Positions 1-13,069 of a stretch of DNA of 64,000 nt are shown here, piece by piece. The DNA comes from Camelus ferus (Eukaryota): NCBI RefSeq assembly GCF_009834535.1, contig NC_045696.1:59770001-59834000 (forward strand), read 5' to 3'. The notes under the pieces were generated by a model. The model was not told where the DNA came from. It saw only the letters and a list, made by a program, of their open reading frames with translations, and made no database searches. Position 1 is the first letter of the stretch. Each line of letters opens with the position of its first letter. Both the position numbers and the translations under genes were made by a program.

Positions 1-174
1 TCCATTGTTGCCCCCAGGGAGGAAGGGATATGACCTTTCCCCATCCAAAGGGGAACCAAGCCTCACTGTTAAGAAGAACTGCGAACATCTCACTTCTGCA
101 CAGATTTTGGATCTCATTCTCTCACCCGTGTGGTGCCTCCTTCTCTTCCTCTCTACGTAGAGCTGAATTTTTCC

Positions 175-276
175 AAGTGTGGTTTCTCCAGAGAATGTGT
201 TCGAAATGCAGGTTCTTGGCCCCATTGACTCAGAAACTTTAGGGTGGGACCCAGCAGTCTGTGTTTTAACAAGCCC
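175..276. mobile_element. MER5-like hAT-Charlie DNA transposon fragment
   Basis: gaaatgcaggttcttggcccc...ggtgggacccagcagtctgtgttttaacaagccc resembles the MER5A core. Confidence 0.7.
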
Positions 277-1419
277 CCCCCCATATATTTGGCTTCTTTC
301 CTCTCCACCGTCCCCACACCTTCCTCCTCCCTTCCCCTAGCTCCAGCAAAAGTGGCTGTAACCTAAAGCTGCCTGCTTCTCAGGGATTCTGCTTTGAGAA
401 GTGGTGGAGGACCGTCCTGTTCATTTTCACTTGCCAGGCAGGGGCAGAAATTAGGAATCACCTACATCCTTCCTGAGCCCTGCAGCCCCCCGAGGTGAGG
501 AAGGGTGGTTGTGGCATCTTCCTTCCCAGTTAAGACTCCTTCACTTTTATGTTTGTTTTCCTCAGACTCTTAAAGCTAACTATGCTCACTTCAGGAAAAA
601 TCAAAAGTTCTGCAAACAAAAAGACCATAAAAACATAAATTTAGTAGCATCCTAACCACCTAGGAACAACTACTTAACAACTTGATATATTCTTTTTTAT
701 ATGTTTACCCCTGCATTTCCAGGATATTTTTAATGGCTGCAGAGTGTTTCTTTGTAGATAAGACTTGAACTTGACCGTTGTTGGTATTGATTTAATGTAA
801 TGGCTACAAGTTTGGTGGGAAGGGATGAGGAAGAGCCCTGGGTTAAGATACAGATCTTTCCAGAATCAGACTGTACAGACAGATTCTTGTCCTGGAGTTC
901 ACGTGTCTCTGCTCTCTACATCTCAGCTTTCTGGGAGGTATGATTTAGGTAGGGGAGGGGTACAGCTGACCCCTCTCCCTTGTGAGACCAGTGTGCACGG
1001 TGCTGCAGCTGCTGGCTCCACCCCCTCAGCCTTTTCTTGCTTGTGTGGTACTAGGAGTTTCCTCACTCCTAAGGCTTCTAATTGTGCCCTTGTCTCACAA
1101 GCAGATCCAGGATTCTTCTTTTTCTGTTTTTGAGACATGCCTCTGAAGATAGGTCATTTTAAAATTACTGTTATTGGGTAAGACAGCCTTGATTATTTTT
1201 TTTCTGCCTAGCTAAATCATACATAAACATTGGGAAAACATTGGGAAATGCAGATAAATGAACATAAAATCCCATTACCTAGAGAGAGCCGTATTAATAT
1301 TTTGAATATATCCTTTTAATTTTTCCCATGTGTATTTTTTTTCTCGAAATATGATACAGTAGTGTTATAAACTTTTTTCACATACTAAACAACTTCCATG
1401 ACGTTTTCATGGATCCATT

Positions 1420-1608
1420 CAGTGATATGTTGGGGCCAGCCCGGCTTATGTTGGGATTGTTAAATATTAAGGATTCTGAGAGCAGACGATGTGGTAGCTT
1501 GAGATCAGCCAATCAGAGGTAGGAGTATTGATACCGGGGGAGTCACCCGACACCACCAATCAAGGTTTCATGCTTTCTGCGAAGAGCTGGTTTATCAGCA
1601 TACCACTA
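1420..1608. mobile_element. MER63-like hAT DNA transposon
   Basis: Degenerate termini cagtgatatgttgg...tcagcataccacta; internal gattgttaaatatt and ggtagcttgagatcagcc. Confidence 0.65.
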
Positions 1609-2061
1609 GGTTCTCATTTCATCATGTGTAAATATGGCTTGTTTTCATTCTCACCCTCCCTATTTTGGGTTGTTTCTAATTTTGCTAGCAATATTATAAT
1701 AACCATTCTTACAGTTAAGTCTTGGCACACACCCTTAACTTTTTCCTTAGGATAAATTCCTTGAAGTTTCTGAATTAAAAGACATCCCAAATCTCAAGAC
1801 TTCGTTGTTACCAGTTACCCTCAGTTTTACACCTTTGAGAGGAAGAGTGAACTGTTCTTTATTTAAAGGAGATTTATGAGAAACCTCCTCTGGGACCAGG
1901 AATTTCATGTCTCTCCTATTGTTTACTTCTGTTTACATTTTCTGAATTAACTTAATTCTTTTTATGTAAGGAAATACCCTGGCTGAAAGCAATTAGAGTC
2001 TTAGGCTCCATACTGATCTCTGGGGTGTAAAAAATTTATTCTGTAGTTGTTCTGGACTGAG

Positions 2062-2311
2062 AGGCAATATATCGTGATGATTAAGTGCTTGGACTCTGGA
2101 GCCAGAGCAAGTTTGAATCCCAGTTCTGCTACTTACCTGTGTGACTTTGTGCAAGTTACGTAAACTCTTTGCCTCTGTTTCTTCATCTGGAAGAGGGAGA
2201 TGATGATAGAATCTAGTTGCGAGGTTTTTACAAGTCTCAGATTGGTTGACGTATGTAAATCCCTTAGAACTGGCACATGGTGAGTGCTATGTAAGTGTCG
2301 GATTATTATTA
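2062..2311 (+). mobile_element. MIR SINE, near full length
   Basis: ggactctggagccaga, tgtgtgactttgtgcaagttac, gcctctgtttcttcatctg core and tail ending attattatta. Confidence 0.85.
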
Positions 2312-2814
2312 GCATTAATGAGTATATAGAAGTCTCTGTGGAACTGTGCCGACTGTCACACTCAAATGATTTCAGCAGTTCCTTATAGCATGAGAAATTG
2401 AGCTGAACTTTTTTTTTGTATCAATCCCCAAATATTTGAGTACCATGTGGCAGGTGTTAGACTAGCAAACATGGAGAATTTAAGATGTTTCCATGCCCCC
2501 AAGGATCTTGCAATCTAACTTGGGAGCTACCCCGTAAGTGTGAAATGGTAAATAATGACACCCCCCCCCCACAAAGGAATATAGTTGCTGAAGACAATAA
2601 AGGAAAAATGCTTGAAGGTCCTACCTGATTTCTAACTAAAATAATTATGCAGAAGCTGACAGGATCACAGTGACCTGGGGTGATCTAGGAGGACATCTCA
2701 GGAGATGTGGGGTTCTCTCTGGGTCCTAAAGGGGTTTTTAAAGGGCTGAGTATATAGTATGAGCAAAGCAGGGACATGCAGGGCACCACAGAGGAAAGGT
2801 TAGACCTTGCCTTC

Positions 2815-3175
2815 TCCATCTGTGCTAATTCTGCAGCCACTAGCCATTGTGTGGCTATTGAGGACTTGAAATGAGCCTAGTCCAAATGGATATGTACTGT
2901 AAATATAAATTACGTACCAGATTTCAAAGATTTAGTACAAAAAATGTAAAGTAGATCAATAATCTTTATATTGATTACATACTGAAATTACCGTATTTTG
3001 GATATATTAGGTGAAATACAATGTAATAAAATTCATTGCACCCATTTTTACTTTATTGTGACCACTAAAAGATTTTAAATGATATAACATTATATTAAAT
3101 TATATAATTTTATTTTTTATATAATATACGTGGCTCACATTTGTGTCTTGCATTATATATCCTTTGGATGAAGCT
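2815..3175. mobile_element. MER33/MER3-like hAT-Charlie DNA transposon
   Basis: gccactagccattgtgtggctattgag...acttgaaat, ccagatttcaaagatttagtacaaaaaa, tacgtggctcacatt. Confidence 0.7.
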
Positions 3176-4682
3176 GTTTTGGAACTTACAGTCCATGATA
3201 CATTGATGTGCCAGAGTAGAAAGTTTGTAACTCTGTATCCTTTCACCCCATTCCAGGGCCAATCTGAAGGCCGTCCTCGCAGCCCCCTCCATAATTCCAG
3301 GAGGATGGCAGTTGTCTGATGCTTAAAGATGCCCACAGCCTTCTCAGCTGAAACTTTCAAGAAAAGCAGTTATACATTTTCCTTTCTGAGCAGTATATAG
3401 GAAACAAATGGGGCTGAAATCACAAGTTCTGCTCACAGAGCTCAGACTAGCCAGCTTTTAGGAACATAATGAGGGGAAGCCCCGAAAAGAACAGAGAACA
3501 GGAAGAGAGTAACAACGCACTCCCAACTCTAACCCTCAGCTCACTGGCTTCACTCCAGCACTGCCTCTTCACATGACATAAGAAGCGTGGCTGGCCTGCA
3601 TGTCCCCAGGGTCTGAGGGATAAAACAGGGCTGTGTGGCTGGGCGGGGGGAGACTGCTGCTCTGACTGGGGACTGAGGTCCAGAGGAGACACAACTAAGT
3701 GGATACATTCAGCTCCTGCTTGAACTTGGGCAAGTTTCATTTGGTCCTTTAGCTGAATGCCATTTGAGTGATTGTTTCATTCTGAGCAGCAGTTTTCATC
3801 CCATCTTTGTCCTCCTGAAGCATCACTGAGTGACTGGCTGAGGGCAGCCCTTTACAGGCCATTGGAACCATCTCCCTATTTGTCTCGAGAAGGCTTTGTA
3901 TGCACGTATTTGTATGGTTTCATAGAACACTAGAATTTTACAGCATCTCAGAACATAAAGATCTCAGTTTTATCCATGTGAAGAGTACTTGGGAAAAGAG
4001 GAAAGACTTGCTTATACCTTTAGAGAGAAAACAGAGAAATGTAGAACAATCCTGCCCTTATGTTTGGGCAGATGGGGAGGGTAGAAGAATTGGATCAAGT
4101 CTTCCGAGAGATCCAGCTCTTTGGAAGGAATCTAGGGGCCAGGGATCCCAGGGAATCGGAAATCACTCTCGGGTTCCTGAAACTATGTCCTAGCCCCCTG
4201 CTCTAGATTTGCTCCCATGTAAATCTGCCCTACAGTGGCCACCTGCATCCAGTGTTTCTAAAAGTCTAGAGGGATGCTGGGGGAACTTTACCACTCTGAA
4301 ATCATAGCTGGATTCCCAGAACTAGAGCTGAGGACTAGGTGCTACTGATCCTGATGAAATCAGGGTCGACCCCACTGGCCCAAAGTCTCCAAGCAAGGCC
4401 AGGCAATACAGGGACCTTCCTCTGACCTTCCAGACCTGATGTGAAGCCAGGCCTGGATAGCCAGTGTGCTCCAGTCTAATCAGGTTCCCAGGAAGCCTTC
4501 CCAGACAACCCAGGGAGGTCTGTGGCTGCCGCAGTAGTCTGGGGCCTTACCCAAGGTCTCCTGGACTGGTCATCTCTGACTCCTCTGGGACTGGGGGATG
4601 ATTGGAAATCACAGCCCGTGAACAAAATGATGGACATGGCATTGCCCTCATAAATTTACAGTTTAGAGGAGGTAGCAGCACA

Positions 4683-4725
<43 letters not shown>
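4683..4725. repeat. Compound (TC)n(AC)n microsatellite
   Basis: Direct reading. Confidence 0.95.
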
Positions 4726-5990
4726 TATGCAGATCTTTATAAGTGTCCTCAAAGGATGCTATGAGACTATCTCTTGGAGGGGGTGGGGAAGAGGTAGAAT
4801 TTACACTGGGGCAATAGGGACCTTGTCTGAGGAGCTGATTAAGTACCAAAAGTCTTGTTCCTGCCATTCTCCTGGTCCCCAAATGGGTATCGTTTGCATT
4901 CCAGACCACATTTAAAGAGTCTTTCCAAAAGGTTTTGCTTACACATCATGGAAGAACACAAGAAAGTAGAGTAAAAGAAGCATAAAGCCAGACAGCTTTA
5001 TGAAGTTCACGTTTCTGGTACCTTGCCTGAAGCTGGCTTGCTTCCAGTGCTCCTGGGCCTCCATTCTTTGGTCCACAAGCACCTGAGGAAGTTCTGCTGT
5101 GTCCACAAAGGCTCATGGCTGAGGCCCTCTCTTCCTAATGCATGACCTGAGTCCCAGAGAGCTGTCATATTCCTACATATTTTTACACTGGAATCCAGGT
5201 GAAAGGGCCACATTCCCATCCACTATTACTCATTTTTGTCTCCCCGCCACGTTCTAGTTTCTGCTCTGAGGCGCTGCCGCCCACAGCTGCTGCCTCCTGC
5301 AGGGATACGCCCCCAATCATAGGTGGTGACTGGCTTCAGCTGAGTCTGGGTGACTCGGCAACGTTGTAACCTTGACTCTACAACATGAGGGCTATTGTAC
5401 TCAGTGGCCTCTGAGACTTTTCCCAGTTCCCACTCCACAAAGGGATTTAAAAAACAGAGATTTGCTTGGATTCTGTGTGAAAGCAGAAGACCTCAGTAAC
5501 CTTCTGAGGTTTTTTTCAGCCTTTCTAATTTTTAAGTCCCTGTTTCTTTGTGCTTTGGTTTGGAAATTATACCCCACTTCCCAATTTAACTTATGTCCTG
5601 ACCACCAAATAGTGCTTCCATTTGGAGTGTAGTCAGCCAGCTCTCCCAGAGTGTCTGTGGATCTCCTCAAACAGCCAGTTTCCCGGCTCCTGCCCAGTGA
5701 GGGGGTCAGGTCTAAATTTAACTGTGACCTTCTGGTAGCACACGCCAGCGAGGGCTGCAAGAGCATAATCAGAGCTGGCCTGTTCTTGGGTTCTCAGGCA
5801 CACACCTGTGTGTGTAGGAGTTAGAAGAGTAGGTAGGCAAGGCTCCCCAAAGGCCAGGTCAGCCCTTGGGGAACTTCAGGGTGGGGAGAAGTATAGTGAT
5901 CCCAAGTGACTATTGGCGTTTATCCTAGCCTGGCTGGGTCCCCGGGAGAAAAAGTCAGCCAAATTCTCCACCCTCTCGGTTTCCTCCCAC

Positions 5991-6055
5991 TATAAATTAT
6001 CAGTGACGTAACTCACCTGGATTTGTAATTACTATGACTTCCTGCCAAGGTAAGT
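5991..6055 (+). promoter_or_regulatory. Candidate internal promoter and micro first exon (MTSCQ) of a short KALRN isoform
   Basis: TATAAAT 5991-5997, TGACGTAA 6004-6011, actATG 6034, perfect AAG|GTAAGT donor after 6049, phase 1 matching the 30515 acceptor. Confidence 0.4.
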
Positions 6056-9000
6056 GCCACAATTATGTGTTCACTCTTGCCTCTTATTCAAAAGTCACCA
6101 ATCCCACATTTATGGGATACAAGCTGCACACTGTATTGTATAGATTTAAGCCGTTGTTTGGATGTCTGGGATTCAGCTTTTTCTGTATCAGTGTGTATGT
6201 ATCCCTGAGACAGGCCAGAGGCAGTGTCTGTAATTCTGTTGGTGGAATAGCCTTGCCAATTTGTTTATACTAAACATGTGTAAATGTAAAGCATTGAAAT
6301 AGGTTTAGTTTGTAAAATATCACTCATTATAATTTAAGCATACCGCCAGTGTGTATTTATAGTCATGATTAGCATACTGCCCCATAAAATTCGTACATAC
6401 ATTTGTGACATTTTTAGAGTGATATCGGATTATGACTCAGATCGGACAGCCTTATTTTTCTGCTTGATCTCTAACAAACAGAGACAGATTTGGAGAGGCA
6501 CGTTGAGTGCATGTGTCTTTCCGCAATGCCCTAGTTGCAGTTGAGAGGAGAACCAGATCACAGAGCTGCCGGAGCTGGGGTTCCAGCACAGTCTGACAGT
6601 GCCCAGGTTAGTCTCACAACGGGGACTTGGCTACAAAGGAAACATGGGCCATTTTGCTCTCTTGTGCTCATCTGTCATTTTCTGTAAGTAGACGAGAAGG
6701 TTTTGAGGGCAATTCTGTAGCTCAGATCTCTAAGGGAAAAACATGGATTAGCGAGGTTCAGAGTGAGTCCCCGCCCTGGCATTAGCGTTTACTAAGTTAC
6801 GTTAGTCTAGTTACTTAGCTTTTTTATGCTAAGGTCTCCATCCGCACACCTGAGAAAACCCAGGTGTTTATGGGAATGTGTGTGTATCACCTAGTATAGT
6901 CTTGGCGTGCTGGCACATCGAATGCACTCAGTAAATGCTAGCTTATGAACAATACTATTTTTTCTCATTATCAGATACTTCTCTGTCGTGTAGGGCAGTA
7001 GTTTTAGGTGGACCATTCAGTTAGATGGAGGATTATTGGTTATTTTTCAGTTTTCCAGGAAAACAAACTTGTAACTGATTAGGCCTCTAATTGCTGGCCT
7101 TTTGCCCAATTTTTGATCCCTGTTCAAAACAGGTTGCCAGGACTAGGGCTAATTTAGGGGGACACTTTTTCTTAAAGAGATGAAAGGTCTCTTCCCTGCA
7201 CCCAGAGGCCAGTGTGTTGGGTTCCTGAGCAGTTCCTCGGCAGGTCACTACTGAAGACCTTTATATCTCTTTATTAGTTTAGTTTGTGCCGTTACCCTGT
7301 ATTCATGTCCGAAGTTGATCATCTTGGATGTTTTCCTTTAATGACTATAATTATCTGCTGTGCTCTGGTAAATATCTGATCTTCCATTTAAGGCTCAGAA
7401 ATTTCTATTCTCTCATCAGCCACCAGTCAGAGCTTCTTGTATTCAGGAACCATGTTTATCACTTTTAGACAAAAACAAAGAGGCTTAACATTTTGGATAA
7501 ATGTATTATTGGTTAGGGTTAATGACTTTTTCCCATAGTGAAACTCTCATGCCTTCATTTTTGGTGAGAAGGAGGAAGTCAAAAGTCTCCAAAATTGACT
7601 CTCTTTGGGCCTCTCTGTGTCAGGCCATGTGACCATCCTTGACTTTCGATCCCAATGGCCCAAGGAATAAAACATTCCGGCTATTTTAGGACCCACCCCT
7701 GGGGTGGAGGTGGGGCTGGAGATTGAGCTGGGACAGAGTTTCACTCCGCAAAGCTGGGAATCCTGGGGTGCTCTTATGAAGGGGAAGGAAAGAATTGGGT
7801 GCTGGGGAGGCAGCCAGCAGGCATCCTTTCTGTTGACTGTAGGCCTCCTGATCTAATGAGAAATCGTGGTGAGTTTAAGGACAACTGAAGTCCCTCTGCC
7901 TCTTCTGTTGTATGTGCTCAGAGGACGCATGGCCTGCTCGGCTAGAGGAGTGAGGAAGTTGTGTGCAGGGGAGGCCTGACTTGAAGGGTCACTAGGCATA
8001 TTCATCTAAGAAGCTGGGCAAGGGAAAGAGCAGGGGGAAGGGCGTAGGGTCCTGGATGGAAATGATTTACCCGGTGGTACTTCAGAATCCCCTTTGTTCT
8101 TTCCTGGGGAGTCAGTCGACACATTTCACATCTGAGAAGACTGAGGCTCAGACAGATTAAGGGATTTTCTCAAGAGCAGCTGGTTAATGAGTTGAGTTCT
8201 GGTTTCTTCTCAGTATTCTGCTCTCTCTCCCACTTACCCTGCTGCCCAGCGAGGGTCCGATCCCTGTGTCAGGTTCTGTATTTTTTATTACTATAATGGA
8301 ATTTGGAACAGTTCCATTTTGTGTCTCTGAAAAGATGGGGTAGATTAGCAGTTCCAGAAGCAGCTTTTTCTTGAGGGGCTATTACTTTTATTTGCATATA
8401 TAAACCCTGTGCCGCCAAAGCTCTTAGCATAAGCATCGCCTGGCAAACACACACACAGACTTTTATACCCTAAATAGCAGGGGCCTAGAAATGTTTGTCT
8501 ACTTTTGCCAACATCTGACTGATTATCTTTAACCACAGTCACACTTGTTTGTCTCTTAAAATAGAATTGACTCTCCCGGGGAGGCTGTTTCTGGTCGTCA
8601 CAGCCCTCACGGAGCCGTGAGTTCCACCTGCCTGCTCCTGGTAGCTGGGCAGCCCGTGATTGACCGTGATTCATGTCCCTGCACCCTTGTGCTGAAACTC
8701 CTGAGCTCTTCCTTAGGATTCACGGACCTCTCCTAGTGAGAGTGTTAGAGTCACCTCAGGGGCCCACCTGTTGGCTCAAGGAACAGCAAGTTTAACTCTC
8801 CTTGCGATGGCCATCAGCCCTTCCTCCTTCCTGTCCCTGCCTCTGCCCATAGGCCATGCCACTGTGCCGGGATCCACTTCCCCAGAGGAGAGCCACCTCC
8901 AGGCCCAGCTGTGTCTGACCTGTGGGATGGACCCAGCCAGTTTTGGAAATGTAGTATCCCTTCTCTTTGTTCCTCAACATGAATATTAAAAATGTACGTC

Positions 9001-9869
9001 CTGGCTTTGGGAATCTGTCTCAGAGAAAGTCAGTGTTCCCTTCTGCAAGTCTGTCGGGTTCTTTCATTTTAAAGTTGCCTCATTTTGACTTTGAACTTGA
9101 TGAGAGTAAAAGGAGGAGAATGAAGGTGTTTTTAATCTGTTTCCATCTACAAATCGCCCCCAGCCCACTCTCCCCCACCTCCTGGAATAATACATCATAC
9201 CAAGCTAGGGACACCTGCTCTCAGATGGAGCCTGGTGGTCCTCTTTGAGCAGGTCTTTCTCAGAACCATCACCAGGATAAACGAAATGGACAGCATTGGC
9301 TCACACGTGTGATTCTGGGTGGTGTGCTCTGGACTGGGATCCAGGTGGCATGTGGGTGGCAAACACAAAAAAAATGAAGGAAAAAAAATTGTCAAAATTG
9401 CTTTCCCATTTGTCAGGCTTGCTCTCTGATTTGAACAGTGTGTTCTCCACAGAGTCGAGGCATGGGGTCACTAATCAGGCTCTGACAAGAGCCGCTCCTG
9501 GTGCCTCTGTTGGACTGTATTGCTCATCCCGAACCACAGAAGTTGTTTCTGCATAACCTTGTGATTGTAGAATGGAAAGGTGAGGCGCTTAATGGTAGAA
9601 AATAGGTTTGGGAGATGAAGGCTGCAGATGAGCTCATGAAAGCCCTATAAATATTTTTATGATCCTTAAATTATCCCATTAAATAAAGAGAATGAGTACT
9701 GTGCAGTTTCCATTCTATTGGGTTAAAAATAGTTCAGATTTTCCTAACTTGAAATTTGAACTAGAAATTTTTAAATTCATCTTTGTGTGGATAATAGGTG
9801 CATTAAGATTCTTTCACCCCATCTCTACGGTGGTCCTCTGTCCTAATAAGGCTGAAAACTGTATAGATA

Positions 9870-10070
9870 GATTTTAGAGTCATGCATACCTGCCTGAACA
9901 CTGGCTCTGTCATTTACCAGCTCTGCAACCTGCCACATTCTCCTCATCGGTAAAATGGGCATCACAACAGCACCACACACATGCAGTGTTGCAAACGTCA
10001 CACGAGAATGGAAGTAAAATGATGAGCACATTGTACGTTCTCAGTAAGGAACAGCGTATAAGATGTAAAT
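9870..10070 (+). mobile_element. MIR fragment
   Basis: ggctctgtcatttaccagctctgcaacct...tcctcatcggtaaaatgggcat. Confidence 0.65.
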
Positions 10071-10319
10071 GTAGTGGTGTGATAGTAGCACATTGTTGTA
10101 CACTCAAGTGTTTAAAATGGTACATTTTAGGATATATATATTTTAGCACAATAAAAAATTTTTAATTATACCCCTCAAAAGGTAAATATATGTGTGAAAG
10201 AGAGTGATTTATTAACTTGTAAAAGGCTGGAAGGTAGTTTACCAGAAACTGCTACATGGTAGGATTCTGGATGATTTTTTTTTTTTATTCTCATCTGACA
10301 TTGGAATGAGGTAAATTAT

Positions 10320-11000
10320 GTCCTCAAATACCATTATACATAAAAATTCCAGATGGATTTCAGGCAAATGTAATAGGCACTATAAAAGAAGTTAAGACAA
10401 ATGATAGAGTGGGAGAAAATACTTGCAACCTACCTAACAGACAAAAGATGGATACCCAGAATGCATAAAGGATTTTTATAAATCAGTGAGAAAAAAGGCA
10501 ACAATGCAATAGGAAAGTGGGCACAAGTTAAAACGAAGTAGGACTTTCAAAAACAAACCAATAAACTTTTGAAAAGATAATATCAGTAGTAATCAGAGAA
10601 ATACAAATAAAAATAAGATAATTTTTAACCCTTCAGATGAGCAGAATTATTGGTAAGGGGATGGAGAAACAGTCACACACTGGTGGAAATATAAATTGAT
10701 ACAGTCTTTCTGGAGGGCCATTCTGCAGAATCTTATAAAAACTGAACATGTGTGTGTCTTTTGACATACTTCTGGAAGTACACCCTGAAAAGTTCTCTCT
10801 TTGTCCCAGGCAGTTTTTGTCAAGTGGCAGTTTTTGTTAATAGCTAACAAGAAGATGGACAGTAGCATGATTTCCTGTAGGGGATTGGTTGTGGTACAGT
10901 TTTAGTGTGGAATTCTAGGCAATCGTCTAAAACAAACAAAAATGAAAACACAGACCTGGGGAGATCTCCCACTTATTAAATTAAAAAAATTAAAACAGTC
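10320..11000 (+). mobile_element. Ancient L1M (L1MC/ME-like) ORF2 3' end and UTR fragment
   Basis: gagtgggagaaaatacttgcaacc, agtaatcagagaaatacaaataaaa, cacactggtggaaatataaattgatacagtctttctggagggc; boundaries approximate. Confidence 0.65.
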
Positions 11001-13069
11001 AAATCTATAGCGTGAACTGCTTTGGGTAAGAACAAACTGTATACACGTGTGTGTATCTGAGAGTTAACATGTGAAACAGCTACGGTTACCTCCAGGCAGG
11101 AGATGGAGTTGGGTTTGGGAGGAATAGCTGGGAAGGACTTAGGGCTGGAGGACGTTTTACCCTATAGTCCTCTAAGGTATTATTTGACATTTCAGAAGCA
11201 TGTGTTTATGTGTGATGGACTTTTAAAATAGTATGTATTTATAACATAATTTGGAGAACATAGGAAAAATTAAGGAAAACATCTCCTGTAATCCTAGACA
11301 CACTTTGGATTCTTACCTTTTTTTTTTTCTATAGGTACTATATATAGATCAGAGCTGGTTCAGTTTTTAAACTCAACATTGTATTCTGCTTCTTTCACTA
11401 AATATTGACTAAGCATTTCCCCAGTTTTACAAATTCATAATCTCTCATGCTACTTTTAAATGTTATAAATTCACACAGTTTAAGGCCCAAGAATAGATGG
11501 CAGGATTTTCAAGGGCCATGATGAGCAGGAACCTGGAGGCTGAGCCCCGGCCCTGTGTGCCCAGTGCGAGTGGCAAGTGGAAGGCAGCTGATTCGGGTCC
11601 AAGGGCTTGTTCGCGGGAGTCTGCAGAAGCCCTGCAGCATCCTGCCTGGCCTCTCACCTTCTCTCGTGGTGATTAACAACCTTACGGTCTTGCTTTTCCT
11701 CAGCTCTGGTTCCCACTCTGACTTCTGGGAACTGCCTCCTCTGCTGTGGGCCTGCCTGAGAATCACGATCAAAGTGCAGAACATGAAATGTTGCCCCCCC
11801 CGAAATCATGGCACCTGAAAGTCAGCTTAGAACGCAGACTTCAGTCTTCTGTATCCCTGAGTTTTAAAGGTGAAAGGGCTGGTAAAGAGGATGTAGAGTT
11901 GTTCTCCCATTTGACAGATTGGTAAGATGGGGATTTGTCTGAGACCGTGAAGCAAGTTAGCAGTAAAGCTAGGACCCTCCCCCTGGGATTCTTGGCGTGG
12001 CCAAGGGCTCTTTTCACTGTACTGCACTTTCCCTCTCTGAGGGAGTGGGGGGCCTGGGGCCTGGCCTAGGACCGTAGGGTGCCGTGAAAGGGGCCCAAGC
12101 AGCATTCAGGCTGCCTGGAATCCTGAGACTTACCCAGAGGGACTGTGAGCTGAAGAAGGGTCATCTGGGCTCAAGTTTCGGTTCATTCATTCAGCAAATA
12201 CCCTGGTCTAACACATGCACAAAGAGGGGGGGTAAACTTTCTAAAGTGAAAGGTGGCGTTATGGTGGGTAGATTACAGAAACGTTTCATTTTTCTTCTAT
12301 TTTTTCCTACAATGACTAAAAGTTACTTTTGAAAGCTTGACTTTTTAAGTCTTCTTGTTCATCTAAGCATTTTTATTTGTTGAAGTCACGATATAGTTCA
12401 TAACTTTGAAGAGAGAAACGGGTGGAAAATTTATAAACCAGATAAGTCCTCTCGTGATGTGAGTCTGGTTGTTCTGGGGTCTCCACCTTGAGTTCGTGGA
12501 AGGCCTACGTGTGCCGTGCCCCTCACGCATGCACACTTGTCATGTGTGTCTGTGAGTGTGTGTGGGCCTGCACCTGCCGGGATCCGCTCCTGCATCTGCG
12601 ACTGGTGAGGAGCAGCAGGTTTTATAGAAGGCAATGAGGGGACTGGAGCTGCTCAGAAGGAAGTGTGTTCTCCCTTTGCTGCTGTCCTGTGAGAGAAAGC
12701 GAGAGAGCTCATACACCAGCTGACTCACAGCACCGCAGTCTGACGGCTCAGGATCTCAGGATGGGGCTGGCCTGTCTCCCAGGCCTTAGGCCCCTGGGGC
12801 ATTGCTGTATGACAACACAATGCTGTTGATTGTCATTTAACAATCATATAACAAGTTACTGTTACATAATAACCTTTCACTATTTAAGTATTATGTTCTC
12901 AGAGGTAGGTATTGGTTATCCCCATTTTACAGACAGGAAACCAAGGCTCAGAAAGGTTAAGAGGTAGAGCCCAAGGTCAGGTCTCAAGGTCAGATCCCGA
13001 GGTCATCTCACTCCACCACTTGACTCCTGTATTTAACTGTGCTTACACAGACAGGCACCTTGGCTTCCT

